Source: Scyliorhinus canicula | Taxonomy: Eukaryota | Length of the DNA stretch: 64,000 nt | Direction of reading: 5' to 3' | NCBI RefSeq assembly: GCF_902713615.1 | Contig: NC_052159.1 | Span: forward strand, 146,712,728 to 146,776,727 | Shown here: in pieces, positions 24,014-35,949 of the stretch | Position numbering within the stretch: the first letter of the stretch is position 1 | Layout: each line of letters opens with the position of its first letter | The notes under the pieces: generated by a model | Told to the model about the DNA's origin: nothing | Database searches by the model: none | The model's input: the letters and a program-made list of their open reading frames with translations, nothing else | Translations under genes and position numbers: made by a program

Positions 24014-26954
24014 CTTCAATTAAAGAGGGAAGCCATAATGATAATGTGACATGCCTTCAAATATATGGTCACTATGTACTCTGTCTGCAGAAAACCTTTC
24101 TCAATGGTCTTTGCCAAATCACAGGTGTTGCATTTCCCCCACCCCCGCCTTCTTCCATAGCTCCTGTCGCCATCTTGAGTGGCATATATGCATCATGCTC
24201 ACACCATTGAGCAGCACATAAGACAATCCCAAGATGCGCTCAGAACATATCCTTCCATACGTGTGCCTCTCCAGAATGGTGATTCACTCACCCTTTGTAA
24301 AGATACACTTTCAGATACAAAAGGTATTTATTAATAAGAATTATACACCAGCCTCATGGCTGTAGTTAATTCCAAAATGTCTCTGCCCAGGAGCTTTTCT
24401 CAGCATAGGGTGACCCCACACTCTGTCCCGATTGGTCATACAGGTCATGTGACCCTCACGCTGCTGCATTACCTTTAAAGAGACAATTGCAACATCCCCC
24501 CCCACACTTTAACTCCTTGATACAATCTTCAATAACTAATTCACTCCGTCCTAAGTACTAAGCAAACATTGGTACATGAGTTGGACAACTATAAATCGAG
24601 TTTTTGAGGGCTTTTCTGTTCCTTGTAGAGCGGCGCAATTCTGTAGTTTGAGATGCTTTCACAGGATTGACGTTAACAGGAACTGCAATAATCGGTACCT
24701 CTTCTGGCACAGGCGAGTCATCGCTATTTGCTTCCAAGGAGACAATAGTTAAGTCGATAATCGGTCGATCAGGTACTTTGGTACAACGGGTTCAGAAATA
24801 TTTCTTGATGGCAGCACTGACTGCTGGGGCATCTCTCTACTCCTCAAGTGGTCCACGTGTTTATGAACGATCTGTCTCTCCACGTCCACTTTGTATGAAA
24901 AGGTTCTGGTCTCAATGACAATAATTACGGGATACAACCTGATCCACTACCGAGGTTTCACACGGATATGGTTTCATTTACCATAAATGAATGTGCGGTG
25001 CTGTGTGAATCATGGCTTGCTTTCTGATTACTCTGGCTGGTTTCTACCCTCCCTGGAAAATGTAGAAGCACGAGGCTCAGTCTGGTTCTGAGACAACGTC
25101 TCATTAGCAGATCTGCTGGTGGAACTCTGTTGTTGCATCTGGAGTGGTCCGATAGCTAAGGAGGAATCGTGAGATTTTGGTCTCCAAGTTCCTCCTAACA
25201 GTTTCTTCATGCCAGACTTGAAAGTTTGAACGGCTCTCTCATCCAGTCCCTTTGATGCTGGGTGGTGAGGCGCAGTTGAAATGTGTTTAATACTATTGAA
25301 AGCGGTGAAGTTTTGGAACTCAGCACTTGTGGATCCGGTTCCATTGTTTGATCCCATGACTTCAGGCAATACGTGAATTGAAAAGCATTGGCGTAATATT
25401 TTGATGAAGCATGCAATGTAGTTGACTTCACCTCAAAATGTCCGTACATTTAAAGTTTGCATCAATCGTGAGTAAAACACTGTGCTCGGGAATGGACCAG
25501 CAGAATTCACGTGGGTTTGTACCCTTAGCCGGCCAGGCCATCGGCGAGGGTGCAGTGGGGCTGTGACAGGTAACCTTTGCGCTGTTGCCAATGCTTCACT
25601 AGCTTCTCGATATCAGCAAGAACACCAGGCCACCACACATTGCTCCTGGAAATCATCTTCATCTTAGACATGCCAGGATGAATGCTGTGTAATTCAGTTA
25701 GGAGCAGCTCTCTGCCTGGTACAGGAGCGACTATTCTTGCTCCCCAGAGTATGATGCCATTCTGTCAACTCAATTCGCTCTTGCGGGTAAAGGAAGGTTT
25801 CATTTCCTCGGAATCTGGCTCATTTACCCAACCTCTCACTTTGGACAGAAATGGATCCCGGTTTGTTCACTTCCTGATTTGCTCCGCCGAGACTATAAAT
25901 GCATCTAAAAATATTAATGCCATGAGGATTTCATGTACTGGGATTCATTTGATACTTTCCTGTAAGGGTAGGCAGCTAAGAGCACTTACATTCGCTATGT
26001 GTGTTCCAGATCAGTACTTGAAAGTATATTCATCGACGGACAGAATGAACGGCCCTCAATGAATTCTTGCCGACGTGATTGGCGGATGGAGACCAAAAAG
26101 CAGTTTGTGGTCAAAAGCGATGGTGAAGTGTCAGAGTTCCTTGACGCCAAAGACTACACAATTTGTGAGTTACCTTAATTGGCCTCTGGGAGGGTTCTCG
26201 GCACATACCCTATTGGCCTTTGAGAACCGTCGTCCATCTCAAGTGTCAGCACCACACCAGCACCATATGTAGAGGCATCGAAGATCAATATCAGCTTTTT
26301 AGGTGGGTCGAAGTTTCAGGAATGCAGCAATTGCTTCATTCGATTGAAACCTTCCCCCTGGGGAGCTTTCCAAGACCAAAAATGGTGTTTCTTTAACACA
26401 ACATGCGAGGGGCCAATATGATCGATAAATTTGGTTAAAAAAACTTTCATAGTAGTTTAGCATCCCCAAAAACGATTTGAGTTCAGTTGTGTTTGTGGGA
26501 AGCCTTTATTGCCTTGACCTTGTCTTCACCAGAATGTAATCCTTGTGCATCTGCATCATGCCCTAGGTCAGTCACCTCAGCGGCTGTAAGACGCACTTCT
26601 CTTTCTTCAGGTGAACTCCAGTCTCCTGGAATCTCTTAAATACCTCTTCTAATTTTGCTAAATGCCCAAACTCTATCTATCTCGTTAGAAGAACATCATC
26701 AAGGTACACTACAACCAACGGTAGCCCCTGTAGCGGACACCCATTGTTCTTAGGAGCCAAAGCTATGCCAAAAGATGAGCGCATTTACTGGAATGGGCCT
26801 TTGTGTGTATTTATCGTGACATATCCCCAGGAAGCGTCATCTAATTTGAGTTACTGGTATGTGTGACTCATAACCAGCTTATTTAAAAATATATCTTTTT
26901 GTGGAAATTTTTTTATTTTTACAAACATCGCAGCAAAACAAAGGAAAAACGAAA

Positions 26955-27355
26955 AACCTCACAGCGCCAGGATTTTGGATTTGATTCCGGCCTTGGGCGA
27001 CTATCTAAGGTGGAGTTTGCACATTTTCCGCGTGTCTCCGTGGGTTTCCTCTAGGTGCTCCGGTTTCCTCCCACAGTCCTAGCTGTGTAGGTTGGGTGGA
27101 GTTATGGGGATAGGGCGGGGGAGTGAACCTAGGTCGCATGCTCTTTCGCAGGGCCAGTGCAGACTTGATGGACCGAATGGCCTCCTTCTGCACTGTGGGG
27201 GCTCTATGGATTCTTCTATGGATTCTATGAAGCCCCGAGTCACTGTGTGGAGTCTGCAAATTCTCTCCGTGTCTGCGTGGGTCTCAACCCCACAACCCAA
27301 AGATGTGCAGGGAAGGTGGTTTGGCCAAGTTAAATTGCCCCTTAGAAAAGAAATC
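26955..27355 (+). mobile_element. Two adjacent V-SINE fragments
   Basis: V-domain and tail sequences at about 26955-27230 and 27235-27355. Confidence 0.75.
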
Positions 27356-28090
27356 TAATGCAGCACATCACAGGAGTCAGTACAAATGTCCACAACATGT
27401 TCCCTTCACGGATTCAAGACCCGTCTGCACCAGAACAAGTACCATCAACAAACACAGAGTTATATCATACCCATCACTTCAAAGAAAAACTACAGAGAGG
27501 GGCAAATAGCCAGCCCTGTACGAGGACGGAATTACAATACATTGGTACCCCACAGTGCAATCCAACCCTTATCATGGCCCTGGACAGAATAGACAACCAT
27601 CAAATGATTACAATACTACAGAGAGAGGGCTGGTTACTACACGTCCAAGCAAAATTTAGACCTCAAACCTCGGGTGTCCCATGAAGAGTCATGAAAAGAG
27701 CAAGGGGTGAGAAATAAAGACCCGGGTTTCCAGACTCCACCCATCGGGTAAAACAGCCGAAGAGGAGACCCATGTCAGGAGAAAAGACTAACTCGACCCA
27801 AAGGAAGAATCAGATAAACCCAGTCCCCATCAGGATAACATGCAGTCTGCCTGGGCCCAGAATGGATTCCAGCACGGAGGCTCAAAAACAAAATTAAAAG
27901 AAAAAGATAGAAAAAAACAAAACTGATTAGCTCTGATTGGAGGGGCCTTCCTGGATCATAGCGAGGACAAACTAACCCTTCCAACCCCGACCTTCCACCC
28001 TTCACCCCGTCCCTGCTCACCTCCCTCTTATACAATTAAGATAAAGACTGTGCACAAATCCCAAATTCAACACTGATGATATGAATGCGT

Positions 28091-28637
28091 TGTCATAATA
28101 TACATCTATGTATATAATGGAGTGCAGACAGGAAGTGATTGACACACAGGATGACCAGTGAGCACACAGAACAGAGCAGCCAATCACCAGACAGGACACT
28201 ACCACTATAAAGCCAGAGGGCACCAGGTTTCCCGCTCTCTCTGGACCCAGCCACTGAGTGCAAACACCGTGCGGTAGCTAGTAAGTTTGGTCAGGCTGGT
28301 ACATAGGTCTCCAGTCAAGTCAGCATAGTGTCAACCCACAGTTGAAAATGTTTAATAGTTATGACGTTAAATAAAATTGTGTTGCACCTTATTAATAGAA
28401 CATAGAACACTACAGCGCAGTACGGGCCCTTCGGCCCTCAATGTTGCGCCGACCTGTGAAACCATCTGAAGCCTATCTGACCTACACTATTCCATTTTCA
28501 TCCATATGTCTATCCAGTGACCACTTAAATGCCCTTAAAGTTGGCGAGTCTGAGTCAACAATTAAGTGTTGGAGGTCTGTCTCTCGCTACACTGCATCAA
28601 GTGCAGTCCACATCGACCCAGCCTGCCCAACACATCA
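28091..28637 (+). mobile_element. Solo Gypsy LTR, related to LTR 32475-32848
   Basis: Termini TGTCATAATATA...CCAACACATCA match the other LTR; TATAAA and AATAAA present; 5-bp TSD tgcgt/cgcgt. Confidence 0.85.
28396..28560 (-). mobile_element. 5'-truncated CR1 3' tail inserted in the solo LTR
   Basis: Minus-strand tail 'gagggccgaagggcccgtactgcgctgtagtgttctatgttcta'; TSD ATTAA at 28391-28395 and 28561-28565. Confidence 0.8.
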
Positions 28638-29207
28638 CGCGTTAAATCAAGATAACCAACGTTACAGGCCCTCTCACCCACATGATACACTTCCCTGTAA
28701 AAAGGAAACAATTGTCATCAAATCGACGGTAACGTGCTCAACAGGGAGCAAAGTCCAGGATAACAACTGAGATGCAGGGCAGTCCTCAGGATAAAGACTT
28801 CTTCACTGGCGCATGAAGAAAGCAAAAATCAAGGATGAGGCAGGATCAGGATCAATGAACTCTCCTCAGGTCCTCTGAAGAATTCCAACGATCGAAGCAC
28901 GAGAATCCAGGCGGTCACCAACCTAAGCTCCGGCCGGAGGTGGGGACTCGACTGGCTTAGCCACCTCCAACTCCTCACAACCAACAGCCAGAACAGGGCA
29001 CACAGGACCAGTGGTCGGATGGCCAAACCGACCCCAGGACTCAAAAGACAGGATTAAGTATGCTCCATCGAATTCAGGCGGGCTCCCAACAGGGGTATTG
29101 CTCTTTCCACCTCCTCGGGTCTTTATCGCCTCCATACAAACACCCCACAACTGTTGGACCTGGGCATAGGCGATTTGCACCGCAGAGCTGAGACTTTTAG
29201 CGAGAAT

Positions 29208-29419
29208 GGTGGATTCTCCAGCCTCCCAGCTGCGTGTCTCTCGGCAGGAGAAGGCGGCGTGGCACATCGTTCACTGGTGGTGGGATTCTCTGCTCCTGCC
29301 TTGTCAATGGAAATTTCTATTGAAACTACCCACACCGCTGGGAAACGCGTTGGCAGGGGTGCGCTGCCGGCGTGGATCAGAGAATCCCACTGCCAGCGAA
29401 CGGCCGGAGAATTCCGGCC
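29208..29419. mobile_element. Harbinger-type MITE
   Basis: Family core with GGATTCTCC / GGAGAATTCC termini. Confidence 0.6.
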
Positions 29420-30140
29420 AGTATCTTCATTGGCAGCCATTATCCGTCGATGCACACCACACCGTCAGGGCGTGAGCCCGCTCAAAAGCAACCGTGCTAC
29501 TAAAGGCAGGACCGACCCCCCACCCCCATCCCCCGACCCCAGCCACCATGAACAAACAAGGATTTAAACATTCTGCCTCAGCTCGATCATCAGAAATACC
29601 AGCCAACAATTCCCAGGACACAGTACAAACCATGTACACCAAGAAAAGACAAAAAAGAAATATGCACAAGGCTGAAAAGACTGATTAGAAGATGAGCAAA
29701 GCCGGAGCTCACAAAAACATAGCCACTCCGCTATTCACATCATGTGACCTCCCCTCATATCCAGCTTTGCGTAAGATTGACCTTCTGCCAGCCTTGCATA
29801 CAGGTCTTCAATTCTCAGGATTGGATAATTATCCATTTTGGCAGCCTGATTAATTGTTAACTTATAATCGCTGCAAATGCGGATGGTCTTATCTGGTTTC
29901 AATACAGGGACTATAGCTGCTGCCCTTTCTGAGAACTGAACTCGCTGGATAATGCCTGGTGCTTCCAATCTGTTTAACTCAATATCTACTGTCTTTTGTA
30001 AGGCATACAGCCTTGTTCTGAAGAACAGGAGAGTCCTTTCTGGATCCACATAAATCTTAGCTGACATGCAGCCCTTTGATTTTGCCGAATTCATTGCAGA
30101 AGATGCTTTCGTATTTTCATGAGTTTGGACAGTCCTCCTT

Positions 30141-30330
30141 GAAATGAAATGAAAAAATGAAAATCGCTTATTGTCACGAGTAGGCTTCAATAAAGTTACT
30201 GTGAAAAGCCCCTAGTCGCCACATTCCGGCACCTGTCCGGGGAGGCTGGTACGGGAATCGAACCGTGCTGCTAGGCTACTTGGTCTGTTTTAAAAGCCAG
30301 CGATTTAGCCTGGTGAGCTAAACCAGCCCC
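30141..30330 (-). mobile_element. Short tRNA-derived SINE inside Gypsy pol
   Basis: Family match with (CATTT)n tail. Confidence 0.85.
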
Positions 30331-30715
30331 TTCCCACACTTGAAAAATATTGACCGAATTCAACTTAATTTCTTTAACCCAATTGCAGCCGAGAAGGCTC
30401 GGGTACTTCACTATTTTCATTGGGAGCTGAGTAATTGATTGTCCGTAGCTGACAGGTGAATTGTAGTGTCTTTTATTTTTATTGCTTCTCCCGTATACAC
30501 TTGGCAGAAGTGCTTTTCAAGTTCAATACTGTAGTTGGACTCGCTCTCTTGGGGACTGAAATGTACGCTCGTCCATCACAGTGGCAGAGGACCCTGTATC
30601 CACTTCCATCTTGAGAGGCTTCCCATTTACCCAGAGTGTTCCAGTAATAGGGTCTATTTTGCCTGTTTTTAGATTAAACAGACAGTGAATACCAGAAACA
30701 CCTAAGCACTTCCAT

Positions 30716-30886
30716 ATAATAAAATAATAATCTTTTATTGTCACGAGTATGAGGTTAGTGTGAAAAGCCCCTAGTCGCCACATTCCGGCACCTGTTCGGT
30801 TAAGCTGGTGCGGGAATTGAACCCGCGCTGCTGGCCTTATTCTGCATTACAAACCAGTTGTCTAGCCCACTGAGCTAAACCAGCCC
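30716..30886 (-). mobile_element. Short tRNA-derived SINE, subfamily with (ATT)n tail
   Basis: Same body with diagnostic 'ccttattctgcattac', shared with 37385-37556. Confidence 0.8.
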
Positions 30887-31329
30887 TCGTGTACCCCTGT
30901 AACATCTTGGTTCTTCGATTGCTTGGCAATCTTGACTCAGCTTTGCATGGCTTTATCAAAAACCATCTGCTTAAACCAAAATGATTGGGGAGAGTAGTTA
31001 CCGCCACATCGGTAACATTCCACTTTAAGCATTACTGATTTATTGTGTAGAGTTTTGGTTTGTTTGTCGCTGAAATTGTTTCCCGCTTCTCTTCAGTGGT
31101 TTTGGCGCTGTGGCTGGCTGCATGTTTCTGTCCTGACTGATGAATGGCACCATTTTGCAGCTCCTGTGCACTTTTTTGAGAGCTTTCCATGGCCAGCGCT
31201 ATCTCCATTGCCCGTTCAAAATTCATTTCCTCTGCCTTTCTCCATCTGGGGTGATTCCACACTCTGAGTCCCGATTGGACACCCAGGCCAGGTGACCCTT
31301 ACTCTGCTGTGCTGCCCTGAAAGGAACCT

Positions 31330-31550
31330 CAGGAGGCCATTGAACCTTTTGTGGCACTGAAGCTAAGTTCACTGAACAACCCCAAGGCTGTTCACCTCCC
31401 CTGTGACCTCCATCCAGGCCACTTTGTTCCAGCTGGGGGAGGCCTTGTCTTCCCTTTCACTGACAGCCCAGAGGACGGCTCGTAGGGAATCATCGTTAAC
31501 CCTTGAGGCTGTCCTTGATCTTTTCCCCTCTCCACCTTCTGGCTTCATTC
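31330..31550 (-). pseudogene. Harbinger Myb/SANT-like DNA-binding protein, exon 1 remnant
   Basis: 'RTASRVNDDSLRAVLWAVSER...AWMEVTGEVNSLGVVQ*T*LQCHKRFNGLLR'. Confidence 0.65.
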
Positions 31551-32159
31551 TCTCAGCTATCTCTGGCGAGACAAAAATAATTAGCAGGCCGCTGGTCAAC
31601 ATCTACATGAACGCTGCGCATTCATCAGGGGGATTGGTCAGTCCAGGGATATTTTTTTCCCAGCCAATGGTCCTGAATATTTCCCAAATGGAGGAACAGT
31701 CGTACTCATTTAAACATTATCACGTAGCTACTTCAATGTTTAAATAAGTTCAAAATCGCCACCAAGGAGTTCTGATGTGCCTGAACAATGTTTCCAGGTG
31801 CCACAGTGCCTTTGCAGGGGTCCGCTTAAATGGGTGGTCGTAAGCTCCTTCTTCCAGATCACAGCCTGCCCCCCTCTGCCGCTGGACATTCAGCCTTCAA
31901 CAGCTGATTGGGCGCACTGCCCACTGCCCCTCAAAGCTGTTGGCCGGTTCCCCACTGGCCTGTGTTAATCGGCCGCTCCGTGACCATCTTTCAAAGACAA
32001 GGGTGGGAGTCATCAATCTGCCGATTTCCAGAACGGACTCCTGCCCACTTCTGAGATGCATAAGGTTCAGCCCCTGGAATCAGGAGGGAACTGACATGCT
32101 AATAAATCAGACATTGAAATGTAACCATTATTGGAATATTGGAGGAGTTGCTATTTAAT

Positions 32160-32474
32160 AATAGAACATACAGTGCAGAAGGAAGTCATTTGGCCCATCG
32201 AGTCTGCACTGACCCACTTAAGCCCTCACTTCCACTCTATCCCCCTAACCCAATAACCCCTCCTAACCTTTTTGGCCACTAAGGGCAATTTATCACGGCC
32301 AATCCGCCTAACCTGCACGTCTTTGGACCGTGGGAGGAAACCGGAGAACCCGGAGGAAACCCAGGCAGACAGGGGGAGAACGTGCAGACTCCACACAGAC
32401 AGTGACCCAGCAGGGGAATCGAACCTGGGACCCTGGCACTGTGAAGTCACAGTGCTATCCACTTGTGCTACCGC
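32160..32474 (-). mobile_element. V-SINE whose 5' end (37375-37385) was displaced by the Gypsy insertion
   Basis: '...tgtgctaccgc' | Gypsy | 'accgtgctgcc' reconstitutes the SINE head. Confidence 0.85.
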
Positions 32475-33129
32475 TGATGTGTTGGCTTGTGTAGGCTTGA
32501 GAGATGAACGGACACTTCCAACACAGATGAAGGTTCAACTCAATTTTATTAACTACTTCTAACTAACTAACACACGATGACTGTGGGTCTAAATAATGCT
32601 AACTTGAACTAGAGACCTAAGCCTTGTCCGAACCAGTTGATTCACTCAGCACGTGTTGTGAGTCTGTGCTGGGCTGAATAATTTCCCGTTACACTCAGAG
32701 GCAGCACCCAGAATGAGCGGGAACCTTGGTGCCCTCTGCCTTTATAGTGTGTGTATTCTAACTGGTGATTGGCTGTGGTGTTGATTGGTCCCTGTGTGTG
32801 TCCATCAGTGTGTATCTGCACCATGATATACTGGTATATATTATGACATCCCCCCTTTTATAAAAAAATGTTGATCTAGGCACGTGCTAATAAATAGTGT
32901 GGGTGTGTGGAGAATGTACCTAGCTACGTGTGAGGTGCGAAGACATATGTACAAAGCTATGTACAGGGAACAAGACTATTTACAGAGGAAGGTGCCTGGT
33001 GCAGATGACTACCATGAACTGGAACAACCAACAAATCTATTTACAAATCACTGGATAACGAATGCAACAACAAAAAATATGGGACGAAGAACATTTCAAA
33101 AAGTCCACATGTGTACAGAGTTCATAAGT

Positions 33130-35890
33130 TCAGTCTCTGAGGTGGACGACGAACTCTGGTTGACTGCCTGAAGGGTGGGGCAATGGCTGGCGCCTCAGGA
33201 GCCGGGAGGGCTGCAGCACTGTCAGGGGCAGGCAGAGTGACCGGAAGCGCCACACAGTCCACGGCGGGATCAGTAGAAGAGCTGGTCGGAGGATCCCGTT
33301 ACGACCCTGGAACCAGGCGAAGAGCACGCCTGTTGCGGCGCCGAATGGTTCCATCCGGTAAGCGGACCACGAAGGAGCGGGGGGCCACCTGCTTTAGAAC
33401 GACAGCAGACGCAGACCAGCCACCATCCGGGAGGTGGATGTGAACTTTGTCGCGTGGATGGATGTCAGGAAGGTCAGCAGCCCGTGAGTCGTATGAAGTT
33501 TTCTTCAGCAGTCGAGACATGTGCATGCGGTGGAGCACGGGGACATGGTCGAGGTTGGGAGCAAGAATTGATGGCACCGTCGTTCTGAGGGTGCGGTTCA
33601 TTAGCAGCTGAGCAGGCGACAGGCCGGTGGAGAGTGGGGCGGAGCGATAGGCCAGCAGAGCAAGATGGAAACCTGAGCCGGCGTCGGCGGCCTTGCTGAG
33701 GAGCCGCTTTACGATGTGGACCCCCTTTTCCGCCTTCCCATTGGATTGGGGGTATAGGGGACTGGACGTAAAGTGCTGGAAATTGTAATGTCGGGCGAAG
33801 CCCATTCCTGGCTCGCAAAACAGGGGCCATTGTCTGACATGACCGTCAGTGGAATGCCATGTCGGGCAAATGTCTCCTTACATGCCCTGATCACAGCCGA
33901 GGATGTGAGGTCGTGTAGCTTGATGACCTCCGGGTAACTGAGGAAGTAGTCGATGATGATGACGTAGTCCCTGCCCAATGCATGGAACAACTCGATGCCC
34001 ACTTTGGTCCAAGGCGATGTGACAAGCTCATGGGGCATCAGAGTCTCCTGTGGTTGGGCGGGCTGAAAACGCTGGCAGGTAGAGCAGTTGAGCACCACAT
34101 TGGCAATGTCATCATTGATGCCCGGCCAGTAGACGGCTTCTTTGGCCCTGCGGCGGCACTTCTCGATCCCTAAGTGCCCTTCATGGAGTTGCTCCAACAC
34201 TAGCTGGTGCATGCTTTGTGGGACGACGATGCGATCCAATTTCAGGAGCACCCTGTCAGGTCATCGCGGACATTGTAAAATTGCGGGCATTGGCCCTTGA
34301 GCCACCCGTCTGACATTAGGCGCAGCACCCGCTACAGAAGTGGATCAGCCGCTGTCTCGCGGCGAGTTTGCATCAGTCGTGCATCCGTGGCTGGCAAATG
34401 GGAGGCTGCAAACTGGACGTGAGCAGCCATTTGGCAAATGAAGCCGTCATGATCACATGGAGTTGTGATCGACCTTGAGAGAGCATTGGCAACGGCAAGG
34501 TCTTTGCCCGGGGTATAGATCAGTTGAAAGTCGTACCTGCGCAGCTTGAGTAAGATACGCTGGAGGCGAGGCATCATATCATTCAAGTCCTTCTTGATAA
34601 TATTTACAAGGGGGCAGTGGTCTGTTTCAACCTTGAACTGCGGAAATACATAGATCTAATCGTGGAACTTCACGACTCCAGTGAGAAGGCCGAGACACTC
34701 TTTCTCGATTTGCGCATAGCGCTGCTCTGTGGGGGTCATCGCCCGCGATGCATATGCAACGGGGGCCCATGACGAGGCCTCGTCTCGTTGCAGGAGCACG
34801 GCACCAATCCCCGACTGACTGGCATCAGTAGAGATTTTGGTCTCTTTGGTCGGATCGAAAAAGGCCAACACTGGGGCCGTGGAAAGCTTGGCCTTCAGCT
34901 CCTGCCATTCACGCTCGTGAGCAGGGAGCCATTGGAAATCTGTGATTTTGCGAATCAGGTTTCTGAGGGCCGTGATGTGTGAGGCAAGATTCGGGATGAA
35001 CTTCCCAAGGAATTTCACCATACCCAAGAACCGGAGAACCGCTTTCTAGTCCTCGGACGTCTTCATGGACGTGATTGCTGCAATCTTGTCCTCGTCCGGA
35101 CGTACCCCTGGTGGGAGATGTGATCCCCCAGAAACTTGATACTTGACTGTCCGAAGGAGCATTTGGCTGTATTGAGGCGGAGGCCGTGTTCGTGGATGTG
35201 CCTGAAAACATGCTTAAGGCGGGCAATGTGTTACTGCGGGGTGGTCGACCAGATGATAATGTCATCGACATATAGCCGGACGCCATCGAATCCCTCCATT
35301 ATCTGCTCCATGATCTGGTGGAAAACTTTGGACGCTGAGATGATGCCAAATGGCATCTGGTTGTAGCAGAACCTGCCAAAGGGTGTGTTAAACGTACACA
35401 GCTTCCTGCTGGACTCATCTAGTTGGATTTGCCAGAAACCCTTCGAGGCCTCCAGTTTTGAGAATAGTTTGGCGTGGGCCATCTCGGATGTGAGCTCCTC
35501 CCGTTTTGGAATCGGGTAGTGCTCCCGCATGATATTCTGATTTAAATCTTTAGGATCAATACAGATCCGCAGCTCGCCGGACGGCTTCTTGACACAGACC
35601 ATGGAGCTAACCCAGTCTGTGGGTTCTGTGACCCTAGAGATGACTCCTTGGTCCTGGAGGTCCTGGAGCTGTTGCTTGAGGCGGTTCTTGAGGGGCGCTG
35701 GGACTCTGCGAGGTGCGTTAACGACAGGCGTGGCGTTGGGCTTGATTAAGATTTTGTACGTGAAAGGGAGTATGCCCATGCCTTCGGAAACATCATGGTA
35801 TTGCTGAATGATGGAGTCGAGCTGCGCCCTGAAGTCTGTGTCAGAGGATGCAGACACATCGCTTGAAGAGAGAGAGTGTACTCTCTGCAC
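33130..35890 (-). pseudogene. pol: Gypsy pol (RT, RNase H, integrase), frameshifted
   Basis: RT 'WVSSMVCVKKPSGELRICIDPKDLN..LYVDDII'; RNase H 'STDASQSGIGAVL..YAQIEKECL'; integrase 'HEGHLGIEKC..CSTC', 'SDNGPCF', 'SNGKAEKGV'. Confidence 0.92.
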
Positions 35891-35949
35891 TAAGTGGAGC
35901 AGCTTGCATGCCTGCGCACAAAGGAGGCTTTTGAGGCAGCAACAATCTC

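Larger units (their letters stand above)
26881..29753 (-). mobile_element. Internally deleted, degraded L1-like non-LTR element with 14-bp TSD
   Basis: TSD ctcata(a/t)ccagctt at 26867-26880 and 29754-29767; minus-strand start GGGAGGTCACATGATG; A-rich 3' end; weak ORF1-like 'ILDFAPC*ARYRRFDD'. Confidence 0.6.
24296..31330 (-). mobile_element. Degenerate Gypsy LTR retrotransposon with both LTR remnants
   Basis: 3' LTR 24296-24494 with PPT; integrase 'PEVMGSNNG..HPASKGLDERAVQTFK'; RT 'AIVPVLKPDKTIRICSDYKLTIN..YAKLDM'; protease 'EVDTGSSAT'; gag 'FERAMEIALAMES'; 5' LTR remnant 31245-31325 similar to 24407-24480. Confidence 0.85.
23022..32073 (-). mobile_element. PIF/Harbinger element (~2 kb of own sequence) with Myb/SANT-gene remnant, split by nested insertions
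   Basis: TIRs GGGCTGAATCTTATGC (23022-23037) and GCATAAGGTTCAGCCC (32058-32073), 15/16 match; TSD CTG on both sides; Myb-like peptides at 31330-31550 and 23912-24013. Confidence 0.8.

Noticed and set aside
29735-30190. 151-aa ORF as a novel chimeric protein
   Set aside because: Chance read-through of a SINE tail, decayed Gypsy RT and the L1-like 5' end.
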